Numbered from the stretch's first letter, positions 26,905-41,770 are shown. The stretch: 64,000 nucleotides of DNA from Octopus vulgaris (GCA_951406725.2 OX597819.1:17236001-17300000); one strand, 5' to 3'. Translations and numbers: made by a program. Notes: generated by a model not told the origin, from the letters alone.

Positions 26905-28202
26905 ATATATATACATACAAATACACATTTTTCTTCCTTTCCCTCTTTCCCTTCGTTTCTTTTACTCTCTAACGTTGTCTTTCGCTTTCTCTTGATTCCT
27001 TGTTACTGTTTCCTCCTCTCCTTCTTTACAAGGTGCCACACGCTTTCTACTTCCTACTTCCTACTTCCTGTTTTTACGGCTGCTCATCCTTTCTTGAATA
27101 GCTCTGTCAGAAAGATTTCAGTTCTGGTTTTGTTTCATTTGTCTGTCTTTCTCTTACGTCGAATGACACTATCACTCTTCTTGGCGCTACTTCACATAAC
27201 AAGTCTTAAATTTGTCGTTATTATAGCGTTAGTGGTTCAATGTCTACATATATATATATTTATCCTGTGTTCTAATTGACCGTTCTTCATCACATCTCGT
27301 CTCAATGTACAGTCTGTTTGAAAAACTACATTTTGATGTTATCGTTCTTCTCTGAACTTTTCTCCAGCTTTCCTTCTTTTGTCACAAACATCAACGAATT
27401 GTTCAATATCATTTGGTGTCGAAATTGTTATGGCATTTAATAGACCACTAACGATAGGCAGAATGTATATGTGTTTGCACACATATGTACACACACACTC
27501 CACTCACACATATACACAAACACACACGCACACATGCATACATATATGTGTATATGTGTGCGAATGTATACATATGTGTGCAAATACATATACATTCATA
27601 CACGTAATCATACATACATGCACAGACGCGCACGCACACACAGATAGACGCACACACAGACGCACACACACACATGCACACACACACACACGCGCGCACA
27701 TATGTATACGAACATACATATGCAGGAATATATGTGTGTCTGTGTTTTGAATAAATATGGTACAAAACCTTTACACTGCTAAGTAGCAAACTGACTAATT
27801 AGAGGTTTTCCCTTCTTTATGACAAGTGAAAAGCATGATCATTCAATTAGATTCACCCCTGTTCTTCACTGGTTCTTTATCTTAATTTATCCCCGGAAGG
27901 CTGAAGTGAAATGGCGAACCCAATGGAATTTGAACTTCGAACTTTAAAAACTGGAAAAATACTGTGTTGTAATTTATCCAAAGCACCCTAACTCTTCTAC
28001 CAACCAAACATGCTCACCACCTTGAAATAACGTAGAAATGGCGAATAATTTTCCCTCAATCATATCCTACTTTCATGAAAAATATGCATGGATGATACAT
28101 TGTATGACGTTTTACTCAATATATTATGCCAGAACATAAAACAGGGTTGTCATGGATGGAGTAACTTTGTTACAGTTAAGTCGTTTTATATAATTCCTTG
28201 TG

Positions 28203-28502
28203 TGGAGGCGCAATGGCCCAGTGGTTAGGGCAACGGACTCGCAATGGCCCAGTGGTTAGGGCAGCGTTGTGTGTGTTTATTGAGCGAAAGCACCTAAAAG
28301 CTCCACGACGCTCCGGCAGGGGATGGTGGTGATCCCTGCTGTACTCTTTCACCATTCTTTCTCTCACTCTTTCGTCTGTTGGCCTGCTCGCTTAGCCAGC
28401 GGGGTGGCGTCATTCGAAGGCTAAAACAATGCGAAGCGCATTGTGATCAGCGATGTGTAGCAACATCTGATGGTCTGGTCTGGTCGGTCACGTGATCACG
28501 TG
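28203..28502 (+). mobile_element. SINE family C, tail type 1, duplicated A-box, 15-bp TSD
   Basis: gcaatggcccagtggttagggca occurs twice and the B-box is lost; TSD ATATAATTCCTTGTG at 28188-28202 and 28503-28517. Confidence 0.9.
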
Positions 28503-29076
28503 ATATAATTCCTTGTGATTACATGACAGAAACGGAAATAACGAAACATGACAATGTCAAGACTGACCCAGCAGACGTTTAACCGAAAATATTGTTTTAT
28601 CTGAAAATTTTATAAACATTAACACATGTCACGATTAGTCAATAAAACATTTAGGCTCTGAAATTGTAATTAACTGTACGATATCCTGATTAAATTTTAA
28701 GGGTCAGCAGGAATTGATTCAACAATATAGTGACATCAAAAAGTGGGACATGTGATGACTCGACCACACAGGGATTGACACCACCACACTCACCACCCCT
28801 TGTTCCTCGGTCATTGAAACATCCGGTTACTTAGGGTGTTGCTGTTTGAAACACAAGAATTATGTCATCTTTTCATTGCACTTAATTCTTTATGTACTGG
28901 TAGAAGAGAGCCATCCACCCTTTCATCCACCCTTTCATCCATCATTCCATCGTACATCCATCCTCCTCTCCGCCTATCTGTCTTTCCTCCCATTCACCAA
29001 CATAATCGCATATACCTAAATACAAACGTGTGTTTGTGCGTGCGTGCGTATATATATATATATATATATATATATA

Positions 29077-29219
29077 GGCGGAGGAGTGGTTGTGTGGTAA
29101 ATAGTTTGCTTACCAACCACATGGTTCCGGGTTCAGTTACACTGCGTGGCACCTTGGGCAAGTGTCTTCTACTATAGCCTCAGGTTGACCAAAGCCTTGT
29201 GAGTGGATTTGGTAGACGG

Positions 29220-29265
<46 letters not shown>

Positions 29266-29490
29266 GTGTGCGTGTGTGTATGTGTGTATGTCTATGTTTG
29301 TCCTTACCTGCATCACTTGACAACCGATGGTGGTGTGTTTACGTCCCCATAACTTAGCGGTTCGGCAAAGAGACCCATAGAATAAGTAAAATTTCTTACA
29401 AAGAATAAATCCTTGGGTCGATTTGTTCGACTAAAGGCGGTATTCCAGCATGGCAGCAGTCAAATGACTGAAACAAATAAAAGAATAAAA
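29077..29490 (+). mobile_element. SINE family B
   Basis: Match to the other B copies. Confidence 0.88.
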
Positions 29491-29491
29491 G

Positions 29492-29540
<49 letters not shown>

Positions 29541-30103
29541 GCATACATACATACTTCTGCTTGATGTCGGCACTTAACTTATGGAATTCTAGAAATAAAT
29601 CTATTTAAAAAGATAGCGTTCAATTAAAAAAAATAAAAATAGAAAAAAAACGAAGATCCTTCTGTGAAATTTTATTCTAACTACAAGTTTTATAACCGGA
29701 ATTGCTCTGAAATTCTTCAATCATTTTCCGAAGTTCCTTGAAGCATTATAACGGATTTATGAATATTTAGAATTATGCTTCGAAACTTGTATTTTTGTGT
29801 CAAAGACTCGCTATTAACTAACCTTGTTACAAGACATCTCATATGAGAACCACAATCTATTGATAAACCAACTTCTCTTTTTCTCATAATTAGAAAACCG
29901 AAGTTGAATCTATTTTTGTTTATTGGAGTATCATTCTAAAGCATTTCTTTCTTTCCCCTCTCGCTCTATCTCTTTCTCTCTCTCTCTCTCCCCCTTCTCC
30001 CTCTTTCTCTCTCTCTTGGTTACATTTTTTCTTTATCCTTTATTTTATTATGATTTTGACTTCCTTTCATAGCGTTCTCATCCAATCCTGACGTCCACAC
30101 ACT

Positions 30104-30151
<48 letters not shown>

Positions 30152-30654
30152 CTCACATCCGCATGCGCGCATGCCTGCACACACACGAACCATATGAACA
30201 TAGTTACAAGCCCTTGTAGAAATCGCAGGAAAAAAAAAAAACAACCAGATAACACCGTGCTGTGTTAAAAGATGAAGGTCACGTTTCAGGCGATATTAGA
30301 AATAATGTATCTGAAAAGGAGTATGGATGGTCTTGGTTGGAACGCCTTTGTATCGCGGGTTTGCTTGACTGCGTTTGACTGGTGTTAAACAACAATGATC
30401 TCAAGGTTATTCTGTTGCAACATATACACTTATGTAATTGTTTCAGAATTAGGCACAAATCTAGAAATTTTAAAGAATTTGGTCGATGCCCTCGTACTTG
30501 ACGGATCCTTAACTTCATCGACCCCAATATGACGAAAGTTCAAATACCGGCTGACCTCGCCGTTATTTGAACTCAGAGAGTTGTTAAGGGTTTTGTCCGA
30601 CGCGCTCACAGTTCTGCCAGTTCTCCACTGACTTTAATTAACCCTATAATATTG

Positions 30655-30965
30655 TTGTTGCTGTTTGTTCCTTCTCGAGCCATGCCTAGCTCATAAGGGC
30701 CAGTTTCCCGGTTTCATTGGCGTACAGGTTCCCCACCTAGACGGGACGTCGGTCCATCACAAGTGAGCTGCTAGATGTAGGAGGAAAGAGTGAGAGAAAG
30801 TTGTGGCGAAAGAGTCAGCAGAAGTTCGCCATTACCTTCTGCCGGAGCCGCGTGAACTTTAGGTGTTTCGGTTATAAATACACACATCGACCGGTCTGAG
30901 ATTCGAACCCGCGATCTCTCAACCGCGAATCCTCTCCTCTAACCACTAGGCTATGAGCCTCTGCC
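30655..30965 (-). mobile_element. SINE family C-related, tail type 3
   Basis: C-like head and body to ACTTTCTCTCACTCTT, then a distinct tail ..gaaaccgggaaactggcccttatgagc..ggctcgagaaggaac plus (CAA)n. Confidence 0.8.
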
Positions 30966-31149
30966 CCATAATATTACTACTAGTAAATTGCCAACACCAC
31001 ATCACTACTAACAACATACTATCATCCTACCACATGTTGCACACTGCACAGTCCTGCTGCCACACTATTACCGCGAAACTTCAATCCCCCTGGAACTACT
31101 AGACCCTTTCCCCACTAAGCATAATCACTTGTCATACACGATTACATCC

Positions 31150-31173
31150 ACCACTCGAACACTGCTGCTGCTG

Positions 31174-31222
<49 letters not shown>

Positions 31223-31700
31223 ATTGTACCATCACTACTTTCCTACTACCACAAAGCAACCACCAAAACGGCATTAATACCACCCCATCACAACACCACT
31301 ATAACCTTACTAACACCACCTCATACCATCATAATACTATCACTGTAGCATCAACACCACGCTTGTACTATCACGTTAACGCCACCCTCATTAGAACAGC
31401 ACCCCTATCACACTATTGCAATACCTTTACAATGCCATCACACCTCCACCACCACCACCATTACTATACCACAACCCTTATCACTAATACCCCCCCACGG
31501 TGACGCTACCACTATTGCCATACTACTAACTTCATCCCAAACATACCACTACTGTTATACCACCGTCGTCACCACAGTGATACCATTACCCCACTACCTC
31601 CATTACACCCCATCTTTATCACTATACAACTTTGCTCACCATGGCACTACTACCACTACTACGCTACCAATAACATCATAACCACTACCACGCTACCACG
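31150..31700. repeat. (CTA)n and degenerate (CAC/CAT)n low-complexity tract
   Basis: Direct reading. Confidence 0.88.
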
Positions 31701-32119
31701 TACAATAATAGTGTAGCAATGAAAATGATAAATAGAAACCGTTACAGTAATTCAATGTCAGAAATCAATAATCAATATTTACTAAAATCAATCGACACAG
31801 ACATCCAGCCACTCATTTATATACGAGTGGTGGTGGTGGTGGTGGTGGTGGTGGTGGCGGTGGCGGTGTTCGGGCGACAGGATGTGGGTGGCGGGATGAT
31901 ATAACATATGGTTTGGTTGTGATTAATATTGGATCGATAAATCGTATTGCTGTTCATTTATTGTGTAGTTTGTCTTGCTTTATTTTTGTCCTTTTCTTCT
32001 TCTTCTTCTTCTTCTTTCGCTAACAGCTAACAATGTAAAACAAAACAAAACAAAACATAAACATAAACAAATAAAAAAAAATTATATAACAATATTGATA
32101 ATACGGGTAATAATAATAT

Positions 32120-32500
32120 TGAATCGATTGCAACGGGCGACAATATATCTCGGAAAGAAATGGAGAAAATATCCATATATAGAGACCTGGAAATATAGAT
32201 AACCAGAATATGAGAATTGAAAAACAGAAACAATCCCTATAATAATAATAGGTGCGTTGGGATTGATAATAATAAAAGAAGAATGAAAAAATAATAAAAA
32301 GATGCAGACCAATACATTACCAAACACCCAGGACTTACCAATATGCATAACATAGAGAAAATTACCCAACCAGACACTGAATACATATTACGCAGAGCAG
32401 TTTCAATATAATAGCAAAGCGCCAACACCAGACAAAAGCACCTTAACTATGGCACACAGAGCTGTGTTCGGCTGCACAGTGCAAAGACTAATTAATATAA
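32120..32500 (+). mobile_element. R4/Dong-clade LINE 3' remnant (restriction-like endonuclease C-terminus)
   Basis: DNISRKEMEKISIYRDLEI..TETIPIIIIGALGLI..PGLTNMHNIEKI..YILRRAVSI resembles the KExEK..KYxDL..IPIIVGALG RLE tail. Confidence 0.78.
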
Positions 32501-32599
32501 GACTGGTGAAAAACTTTAGTAAGAACTTTTAGTTGTGCGGTTAAGAAGTTCGATTCGTAACAGAGTGGCTTCGGCTTGAATTCCATCCCGTCGCACATT

Positions 32600-33170
32600 A
32601 GTTTTGGTAACACTCTTTTACCATTGGCTCAGGTTGACCTAGGGATTGGTCCCTGACTCCAGGAGTCGTGCTTTTCAAGCCTCTCTGGTTCACTCTGCAA
32701 TGTGCTAAATGCATACAACCAGCCAAGTTTTTTTTTGCTGTTGTTTCCTGTCCATTCTTTGATGTCTTCGGACCACAAACGTCTTCCATGGTCTTTTGTT
32801 CTCTTCCATCTTGTCAATATGGTCTTAAACCATATTGTGGACTTGATTCCCAACAATAAGTGTCTTTGGATTTTCAGTTTTCCTAGTACTGCAGCTCTTG
32901 TTACCCTGTCTTTCTAGCTTAATCTCCCCACTCTGCCACACGTTTACGTCTATTTCGTTTTGCTCTCTTCATTGTCCAAGTTTCTGCTCCGTCGAAGATT
33001 AGTGACATAATAGAACAGTTTACTCGCCTCAGTCTTAGTTGTAATGTTACGTCTTTTGAGGGAAGAAATCTTTCTTTAACCTTATCAATTATTCTTTTAG
33101 CCGTTTTTACTATTTGAGCAACTCCTTCGGGAAGACTCTCCTGATTTATTATTGGTCCTAAATACTGAAA
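32600..33170 (-). mobile_element. RTE-clade LINE remnant
   Basis: LQLRLRRVNCSIMSLIFDGAETWTM and GRRLWSEDIKEWTG motifs; degenerate. Confidence 0.8.
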
Positions 33171-33753
33171 AATACAAATAAATTTACACAACAAAATCTG
33201 CTATGTGATTAGTATTGATATATAATGATAATGAATAGCTAAAACAATTAATGGCTAGTATGAAGGGTACTTTATAATATTATACAGCCAAACAATTAGG
33301 AAATATTCAGTTTATGTCTTTGGAAAACTGATGACTTTGCATTTTAACAAAGAGAGTTATTGGTGTCATATTATTTGTCCTGAACTTGAAGTTTTTCACC
33401 TGTTCAAGTTTCTTTATATTTGCCTGTTTTTATTTTTTCGTACTAATAACCATTGTTTTTACCTTTCTTGAAATTAAGACCTTTTTGTCACTACGCTCTT
33501 TTACACCCTCTCCCACACTTATACACGTATGTACCGTGATACAGATCCTCCGTCGTCACCGCTGTCATCACATTTGCAGTCGACCAGAGATTGGTTCATT
33601 GGAAATATGCAAACCGATGCTGTTAGTGTTCCTCAGTTGCGATATAAAATATACAAACACATCAAAATACATAAATAAGTTATTGTTTCTAACAAATTTA
33701 TGCGAGGCAAATTCATTTCAATCGACACAAGTATATAATGGTATTTATTCCAT

Positions 33754-33977
33754 TAAGGCGGCGAGCTGGCAGAATCGTTAGCACGCCGGACGAAATGCTT
33801 AGCGGTATTTCGGCTGCCGTTATGTTCTGAGTTCAAATTCCGCCCAGGTCGACTTTGCCTTTCATCCTTTCGGGGTCGATATATTAAGTACCAGTTACAC
33901 ACTGGGGTCGATGTAATCGACTTAATACCTATGTTTGTCCCCTCTATGTTTAGCCCCTTGTGGGTAATAAAGAAATA
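33754..33977 (+). mobile_element. SINE family A1 with 14-bp TSD
   Basis: TSD GGTATTTATTCCAT at 33740-33753 and 33978-33991. Confidence 0.95.
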
Positions 33978-34675
33978 GGTATTTATTCCATAGTTCTCAA
34001 TATGCTGGAAACTAAGTCAGCGTTGGACGGATTTTTAAAATGATTTCTAACGAAACCAGAAGGCCAAAGTAGGCGCAGCCTGCGAATGGTTAAGGTTATT
34101 TAGCCCTAATGAGGTCACGGTTTCGATTCCGTGGCATGGCAACTGCCATTTTCTATTGCTCCATTCGACCGTCGGTAAAATTGGGTAGACGGAAACTGAA
34201 TGGAAGCCCGTCAGGTTGATCGTACTTGCAATTCGAATCCTTGTAACACACCATACAGCGTCTGTGGAATACTCAACCACTTACAAGCCAATGAACCGGG
34301 AAGCTCAGTTGATCGATAAATTGATCATTCATAGGCGGAGATTGAAACCCAGATCAGGCCAGAGAACAGATGATTAAACTGGATTCGGTGGCTGACTGGT
34401 ACGTTAGTTCTACTGTGGTTAACCACCAAACTAAAACAAATTTGAAAGGGAAAACTTTATCAGGAAAAGAAACTTTGAGATGATACAATGTTATTACACA
34501 TCTTTGTTCTCTTTCAACGTATACCAGTATAAAATGTCATTAGAAAAATAAAGCGCACGAGCTATGGAGAAAACAAAACGAAGTATTCAGAAAAAACTAT
34601 TAATAAGAACACGCGTAAAATTGGATAAAGAATATTAAACCTAAAAGACTTATACATTGTTAATCAAATTAGATG

Positions 34676-35077
34676 GGTTTTATTCTACTCTAGGACTAAG
34701 GCCCGAAATTTTGGAGGAGTGGGGCAGCCGATTAGATTGACCCTAGTACACAACTGGTACTTAGTTTATCGACGCCGAAAGGGTTAAAGGCAAAGTCGAC
34801 CTCGACGGAATTTGATCTCAGAACGTAACGGCTGACGAAATACCCATTTCTTTACTACCCACAAGGGGCTAAACACAGAGAGGACAAACAAGGACAGGCA
34901 AACGGATTAAGTTGATTATATCGACCACAGTGCGTAACTGGTACGTATTTAATCGATCCCGAAAGGATGAAAGGCAAAGTCGACCTCGGCGGAATTTAAA
35001 CTCAGAACGTAGCGGCAGACGAAATACCACTAAGCATTTCGCCCGGCGTGCTAATATCACTGCCAGCTCTCTGCCTT
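34676..35077 (-). mobile_element. Composite SINE A: A1 nested in A2
   Basis: A1 tail abuts internal GGTATTTCG of an A2 body; whole unit flanked by AAATTAGATG at 34666-34675 and 35078-35087. Confidence 0.85.
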
Positions 35078-35339
35078 AAATTAGATGTTTTTTAAACAAT
35101 AAATATGCTCAGAAACGTCCGCAGGACTCGAGCCACGTATCTGTCGTAAAGTAAACGGCTGTGCTAACGTTTGCACCTAAGTGGCCAGGTACACCGCCAC
35201 TAAAACTGGCGTCCGTAAAAGTGTTAGTTACCAACTACATTATTTAGTCTCTTTAGTCTGTTACACAAAGCCTCTGATACTTCGAAGCTGTTAATTCTAG
35301 GCTTTAGAAAGCTGTATAAAGATCATACTTACTAATATT

Positions 35340-36319
35340 TAAAAAGTAATGAGTTACACTGAGTACAATATATAAATGAAAACTAAAGTCAGAAAAGAAT
35401 ATTAGAGTTAAATTAGATAAATATAAATTAGATCAAGGAAATAGATAAAAGAATATCATAGATAAATGAGAATACTTAAAACATAAATCTCAAAAATAAG
35501 AAAACAGGCATTAATACTGTAGCTGTTCCTGTAATAAGTTATAGTTAAAATATTCTTAACTGGAAGTGAAATGAATTAGCAAGTCTAGACAGAGAAACAA
35601 GAAAACTAATGACTGATTTGAAAACACAGCACACAAAATCTGACACAAAGAAAATATATTTATCACGAATACACAGAGGTCAAGGGTGTTCTGAAAGTAG
35701 AAAACAATTATAAAATATCTAGTATGAGACTAAAGAAATATCTGGTTAAGAATAAAAGGAAACTAATAGAAATAGAGCTAGAAAACAAGAACAACACAAA
35801 GGCAACTGTTTTCTGTCTTGAAAGAAGCCAGCAAATATAAAATAGTAGTTGAGAGAATGGAGACAGTTGTGACAAGAGAAATAACAACAATTGAAACTCT
35901 AAAAACTAAAAGCTAAAAACTAAATTGAAATGGGATTACAAAATGTCATGCTAAGACGTTTGCGATACCTGACAAGACTAAACAAAGCAAAGGTGGATAA
36001 AATAAAAAAGTTAGTACTGGTTGAGAACTACAGGAATGAAAGCTGAAACCGAAGGATGTTTTTGTTTTTTGTTTTTTTTTATTACAGCGCACGATCAAAG
36101 CGTTCCCACCAAAACTTACCAAAAACATATAATGAAGCAAATCATAAAAAGTAATTGCGGAATATGTGGAAGTTGTGAATAAACAATCAGTCATCTTGTG
36201 TCTGGTTCCCCAGCCTTAACCGAAAGAGAAATACATCAATAGGTATGACAGGGATGGGGGATTTCATAGGCTGGAAGCTAGACCAACTCAACAACAAACC
36301 GACAAACAAGAAGTAGCAT

Positions 36320-36386
<67 letters not shown>

Positions 36387-36425
36387 AGAACAGATCTTAG
36401 GAAACGACAGTGTGTCCATATTTCC
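35340..36425 (+). mobile_element. R4/Dong-clade LINE remnant (RT thumb to CCHC knuckle)
   Basis: NKKTGINTVAVPVISYS.NILNW..ELASLDRETRKLMT; WLRTTGMKAETEG..AHDQSVPTKTYQKHIMK..CGICGSCE.TISHLVSG; PEQILGNDSVSI; many stops. Confidence 0.85.
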
Positions 36426-36693
36426 TCAAATGCTTACTCAGTTAGATAAGAAGAGTGAGGGGGGGGGTCGGAGAAAACGGTAATACATTGTTGCCAGGGA
36501 CTACCTGGAAAAGGTATGTCTTTTATTCGATGGATCGATTCTTACGAAATTTAGAAACTATGCAAATATGAAATTCTGGAAGTGCAGATAACCAGAACAA
36601 GGGGACTGCAAATAAAAAACAACAATCCCCCTAGTAATAGGTGCCTTGGTATGATCTAAAAAATTGTAAATGCATAACCAAACTGCCAGCATT

Positions 36694-36748
<55 letters not shown>

Positions 36749-37401
36749 ATATATATTTTATCTTTTTCTTCTTTCATATGTATAATTTTCAAAAATTGAA
36801 CAGAAGCACAACAAAGGGACGAACGGGAAATTCACATTCAAAACGTGGGTATGCCATTACTTCATCAGTTATCGTCCAAAAGATCATTACAGTTTCACAC
36901 CCTGTTCATTTTGGGTGTCACCAACAGCAAAAAATATTGCTGGGAATAATGAACGAACGTGGAGGACAGTAACAACAGCAAACAGGGCACAGACAGTGGG
37001 TACTAATATAAATATAAACATACTGTCAAAAATAAGGCGGTATGGTTCTGATACAGGGATGGACCAAGACCTGAGCATAAGAAACGCAGTGGAAAATGAT
37101 GTCCTATAGGACCGGAAGACGAAAGTGGAGGGATGAAGAGATAGAAGGAAAAGGGAGGGGGTAAGAAGAAATAACCTAGTGTTGAAGGTGAAGCGAGAGC
37201 CAATGAGAAACGTGATTGAACAAGCGAGCGGTCAAGAGAAAAAAAAAGGGAGGAGAAATAGGAATGGTCACAGGACAGATGGTAGTGGGAAGAGAAACCA
37301 AAACTTAGTGAAGGGTAGAGAAAAACTGAAAGGGGTCAAACAGAAAAAAAAGAAATGTAGGAGACAGAGGGATAGTGGAGAGAAGTAACGGGAACGAAGG
37401 A

Positions 37402-37451
<50 letters not shown>

Positions 37452-37458
<7 letters not shown>

Positions 37459-37754
37459 ATCACATGACCGCCCAGACCATCAGATGTTGCTACACATCGC
37501 TGGTCACAATGCGTTCGCTTTGTTTTAGCCTTTGAATGACGCCACTCCGCTGGCTAAGCGAGCAGGCCAACAGACGAAAGATTGAGAGAAAGTTGTGGCG
37601 AAAGAGTACAGCAGGGATCACCACCCCCTGCCGGAGCGTCGTGGAGCTTTTAGCTGTCTTCGCTCAATAAACACACACAACACCCGGTCTGGGAATCGAA
37701 ACCGCGATCCTACGACCGCGAGTCCGCTACCCTAACCACTGGGCCATTGCACCT

Positions 37755-37758
<4 letters not shown>
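37452..37758 (-). mobile_element. SINE family C, tail type 1
   Basis: Reverse-complement match to 26597-26904. Confidence 0.9.
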
Positions 37759-37804
<46 letters not shown>

Positions 37805-37959
37805 GCATGTGTGTGTGTGTATATATATATATGCATGCACATACATATATATATATATACTTACGAACCTACAAAAAATAAAGCTACTAGGGCACTGCGC
37901 ATGTATTACGTTGAGTAATTTTATTTCCATATCAATGAATAAAACACTACAAATAGCCA

Positions 37960-38120
37960 AATACTGGCTCGGTAATGCAGTGAAAATTCGCACCAAGAAT
38001 AAGTATACTGAAAAAAAAAAATAATAACAATACCAAAGAATTTGAAAAAAGTGAGAAATAACAGGATCTCGCCAGAGAGCTAAGGGGACTGGAAGCCTAA
38101 GACAAAGAGTATCCCAGCAT
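37960..38120 (+). mobile_element. R4-like RLE C-terminal fragment
   Basis: KEFEKSEK.QDLARELR..WKPKTKSIP resembles EKLEKYQDLARE..W. Confidence 0.55.
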
Positions 38121-38574
38121 TCAATAACTTAAATGGTGTCACGAGTTTGCATTACAATTGGTATGGTGCTGGACAGACATTTATATAAAAATGGGAAGGG
38201 CTGAGGGCGTTATATAACGGACAGGTTAAAAATCTGATAAATATATTTTGGAATAAGTAGAAAATATATTTGAAAGCGCATAACAATTTAGGGAAATTAT
38301 GAGAATTAAGTCCTCTTAGATGAAGTCAGAGCACCCAACGACCTTTCTCTCGTTATAACCTTCGTCAACTTCCTTACTTGTCTATCGTCCTGAAGGGGCC
38401 TGGGGATATTTAATACGTCAGAGTGAGCAAGGGCGGATATCTATCACCACTGTTATTTAAATATAACATTTCTCACACATGGAAAATTACTCGGATGAGC
38501 AACCTAACTTTGATGCGTTGCCCAAAATGTGATGCTGTTACTTCCGCATTTTTTATCTATGATCTTCTTTAAAT

Positions 38575-38980
38575 TGTTTCTGTTATCTGACCGTGTCATG
38601 CTGGAGCATTGCCTCAAAGTGTTTGGTTGAACATATCGACCCAATACTTGCCAAAGATACTTATTCTATCGGTATCTTTGGTGGAATCGCAAAATTACGG
38701 GGACATAAAAAAACATCGGTTGTCAAGCGTAGGGCGAGTGTAAACACAAAGACACACACGCACACGCGTATACCTACATTCATACACACATAAATACATC
38801 CATAAACATACATTCACACATGTATACGACGGGGTTCCTTACGGCATTCGTCTATCAAATTCTCTCACAAAGTGTTGGACGACCCAGGGCTGTATATAGC
38901 AGAAGGAGCCGCGCAGTTAGACCGAATCTCCAAACCACATGGTTTCAAAGTGAGCTTCTTCACCCCAAAGCTACGCCCGA
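38575..38980 (-). mobile_element. Degenerate SINE family B
   Basis: Diverged match (catgctggagca..ttattctatcggt..cggttgtcaagcg). Confidence 0.7.
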
Positions 38981-39724
38981 GTCTAATTTTTGTATAGGGC
39001 ATCTTTTTGTAATTCGTTATTCTCAAAGCTTAAAACAAAACGAAAAGGAGAACCGTCTCAGTTTTATTGCTCTTATCTTCCCCCCAAGGTTTGAGTTTCT
39101 TTGTCAGGGATCATTTTACTATTTCTCTCTGTTGAATGCTTCTTTCTCCAATTTTCCTCTTCTTCTTCTTCTTCTCTCTCCATCGTCTCCTGCTCAACAC
39201 AAGTGCGGTGAGGTATGTGGGGCGGGGAAACCTCTGCTTCCTGGTTGTCTGCCTCGTGTTTATTTGCTTTTGGGACTGAAGACGAGGTTTGTGTCTCGAC
39301 CATCCTCGATGCTCTAAGGCGCTGGTAGGACTTGTGGTGCCATGAGGCAGCTTCCCACACTTGCTCTTGTTACCATTGCACTTCAGTTTGTCTGTATGTC
39401 TTTCTTTCCCCGCCTCTCTCCACTCTTTCTGCCTTTCTTTCTATCTCTTTATATCTCTATCCCTCCCTCCGTCCACTCTATCTCTCTGTCTCTCTCTCCC
39501 TCTCTCTCTATGCTCTTTCTATCACTTTATCTGTCTTCCCCCATCTCTGCCTTTACAGCTCCTTTGAACAGAAAGTATTAACTCAGTATTCACTTAACGG
39601 CTCTTTCGTTTGGCATTGCCAGTACAGCCCGACACCGACCTCCAACAACGGTATGCTGATGCGTCTAGCATGCTTATTCACGGCATCCAGTTCCTTAGTT
39701 CCTGGCAGGTTATTACTAACAATA

Positions 39725-40048
39725 GTGAAGGCGCATGGCTTAGTGGTTAGGGCATTCGGCTCACGATTGTAAGGTCGTGAGTTCGATTCCCGGCGACGCA
39801 TTGTGTCCTTGAGCAAGACACTTTATTTCACGTTGCTCCAGTCCACTGAGCTGGCAAAAATGAGTTGTACCTGTATTTCAAAGGGCCGGCCTTGTCACAC
39901 TCTGTGTCACGCTGAATCTACCCGAGAACTACGTTAAGGGTACACGTGTCTGTGGATTGCTCAGCCACTTGCACGTTAATTTCACGAGCAGGCTGTTCCG
40001 TTGATCATATCAGCGGGGACCCTCGTCGTCGTAACTGACGGAGTGCTC
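39725..40048 (+). mobile_element. SINE family D with 10-bp TSD
   Basis: A-box TGGCTTAGTGG, B-box GTTCGATTCC, CCTTGAGCAAGACACTT; tail shared with C type 2; TSD TACTAACAAT at 39714-39723 and 40050-40059. Confidence 0.92.
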
Positions 40049-40074
40049 CTACTAACAATGATGTAATGATATCA

Positions 40075-40400
40075 TTACTGATTCCTACACTCTCAAAAAC
40101 CGTTTTCTGATGTGTGTAGCATAGTTATTACAGACACACAGAAACTGTACCCAACGTTGTCATTAATGACTCCTCGACTCACACAACTGACGGTTCTTAT
40201 ATGTACTGCATGGTTATTATAAACTTACAGACTTTTAGCAACAGTGACTCGATGTCTGTAACATACTCTCTACTGATTGTTCTCGAATGGTTATTAATGA
40301 CTTTTAGACTCTTAAAAGCCCTGTTCTGATGTGTGTAATATATTTATTATGGACCCACAGACTTCCGTTATTGTAGGCTCAAAATATCTGTACGTGTGGA
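40075..40400. repeat. Degenerate minisatellite-like array
   Basis: Recurring tctgatgtgtgta..ttatta..cagact motifs. Confidence 0.45.
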
Positions 40401-40468
40401 GCACAGCTCATGTAACTTGGCTGTTGATATACATGTCCTTAACACACAAAATCAACACACAGACCGAT

Positions 40469-40510
<42 letters not shown>

Positions 40511-41499
40511 AGAGATACACACGGCACAATTACATACACACACAATTCAATTACATATACTCACAGGGAAACACATCCACAGTTAGACATATACACCCAA
40601 ACAAATTCAGAACACACACACAGATGCACACATACACTTGCGCGCACGCACACACTTACACATTCATATTTATGCACATAGCCAAGCAGTTACTGCGCAG
40701 GTACGTTCACACACACGCACGCACACACACACACACATACTCGTACCCACATTCATGCACTCAAAACCTACCCCATATGCGCATATATATTCCACCCGGA
40801 AGATACACACATAAACACAAACCCATAAGGCACAAACGAATACACAGCCATACGCAGAAACGAGCGTACATGCATGCACATCCACACACACTTATGCATT
40901 CACACAGCCAACCACACACATTTGCAGCCACCCTGATATCCACCCGCCTACCCATACACCTACACACTCTTAAAGTCATAAAATACAAACTACCCATGCA
41001 CATGCATGAGATTGAACGAAATGAAAGAGAATAGCTTTCTTTTTTTTTCATGTCTACATTTGCTGAGATCTGAAGGGACGTGATAACATGGCTAAACCAC
41101 GGCTCCTGATCATACGCACACATACACACACAACCTGCCACTCACATCCATACACGTATATGCACACACACATATCAAACACACACAGACTTACACTCAT
41201 ACACATGCACACACACATACATACATGCACGCATGCATTCATTCACACACAGGCACACATACATACGCATAAATTTTTTACTGAATTGAAATTTGTTAAA
41301 TGGTGACTTGGTAACTGCATGTAAGCAGAAAAATATTTAGGTCGATCGTCATTTAATTTCGGTAGATGAAACTCACCACTGTACATCCCGTGAATATACA
41401 AGCATGCATACATGCATACATACATACATACATACATACATACATACATACATACATACATACATACATACATACATACATACATACATACATACATAC

Positions 41500-41770
41500 A
41501 CAAAACTGAAGATCAGTGAAGAACAGAACACCTATGCTGAACTATTAGGAAAGCTGCAATTACCCTATCCAGATTACATGTTCAGGTTTTATACCTGTAA
41601 TTATTGGGGCCCTGGGATATGTAACACACTGCCTAAATAACAATCTTGAGAAATTAGACTTTTCAAAACTAGAAAGGAGAAAGCTAATTCGAAGGCTATA
41701 GATCCAATCCATTACTGGAACCGTAAAAATCTGTAAAACTTTTAAGAAATTTATCATTTCAATATATATG
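41500..41770 (+). mobile_element. CR1-like LINE C-terminal remnant
   Basis: LEKLDFSKLERRKLIRR resembles the CR1 RLxxLxLxSLExRR motif. Confidence 0.55.

Noticed and set aside
36440-37110. Possible decayed L1/Tx1 C-terminal coding region
   Set aside because: Only vague similarity (LFILGV..KKYCW); too degenerate to support a call.
39073-39360. 95-aa ORF and a CTGAAGA-stem motif near 39275
   Set aside because: The ORF is partly repeat-derived and unrecognised; the motif lacks GAAA and stem III, so it is not called a hammerhead.
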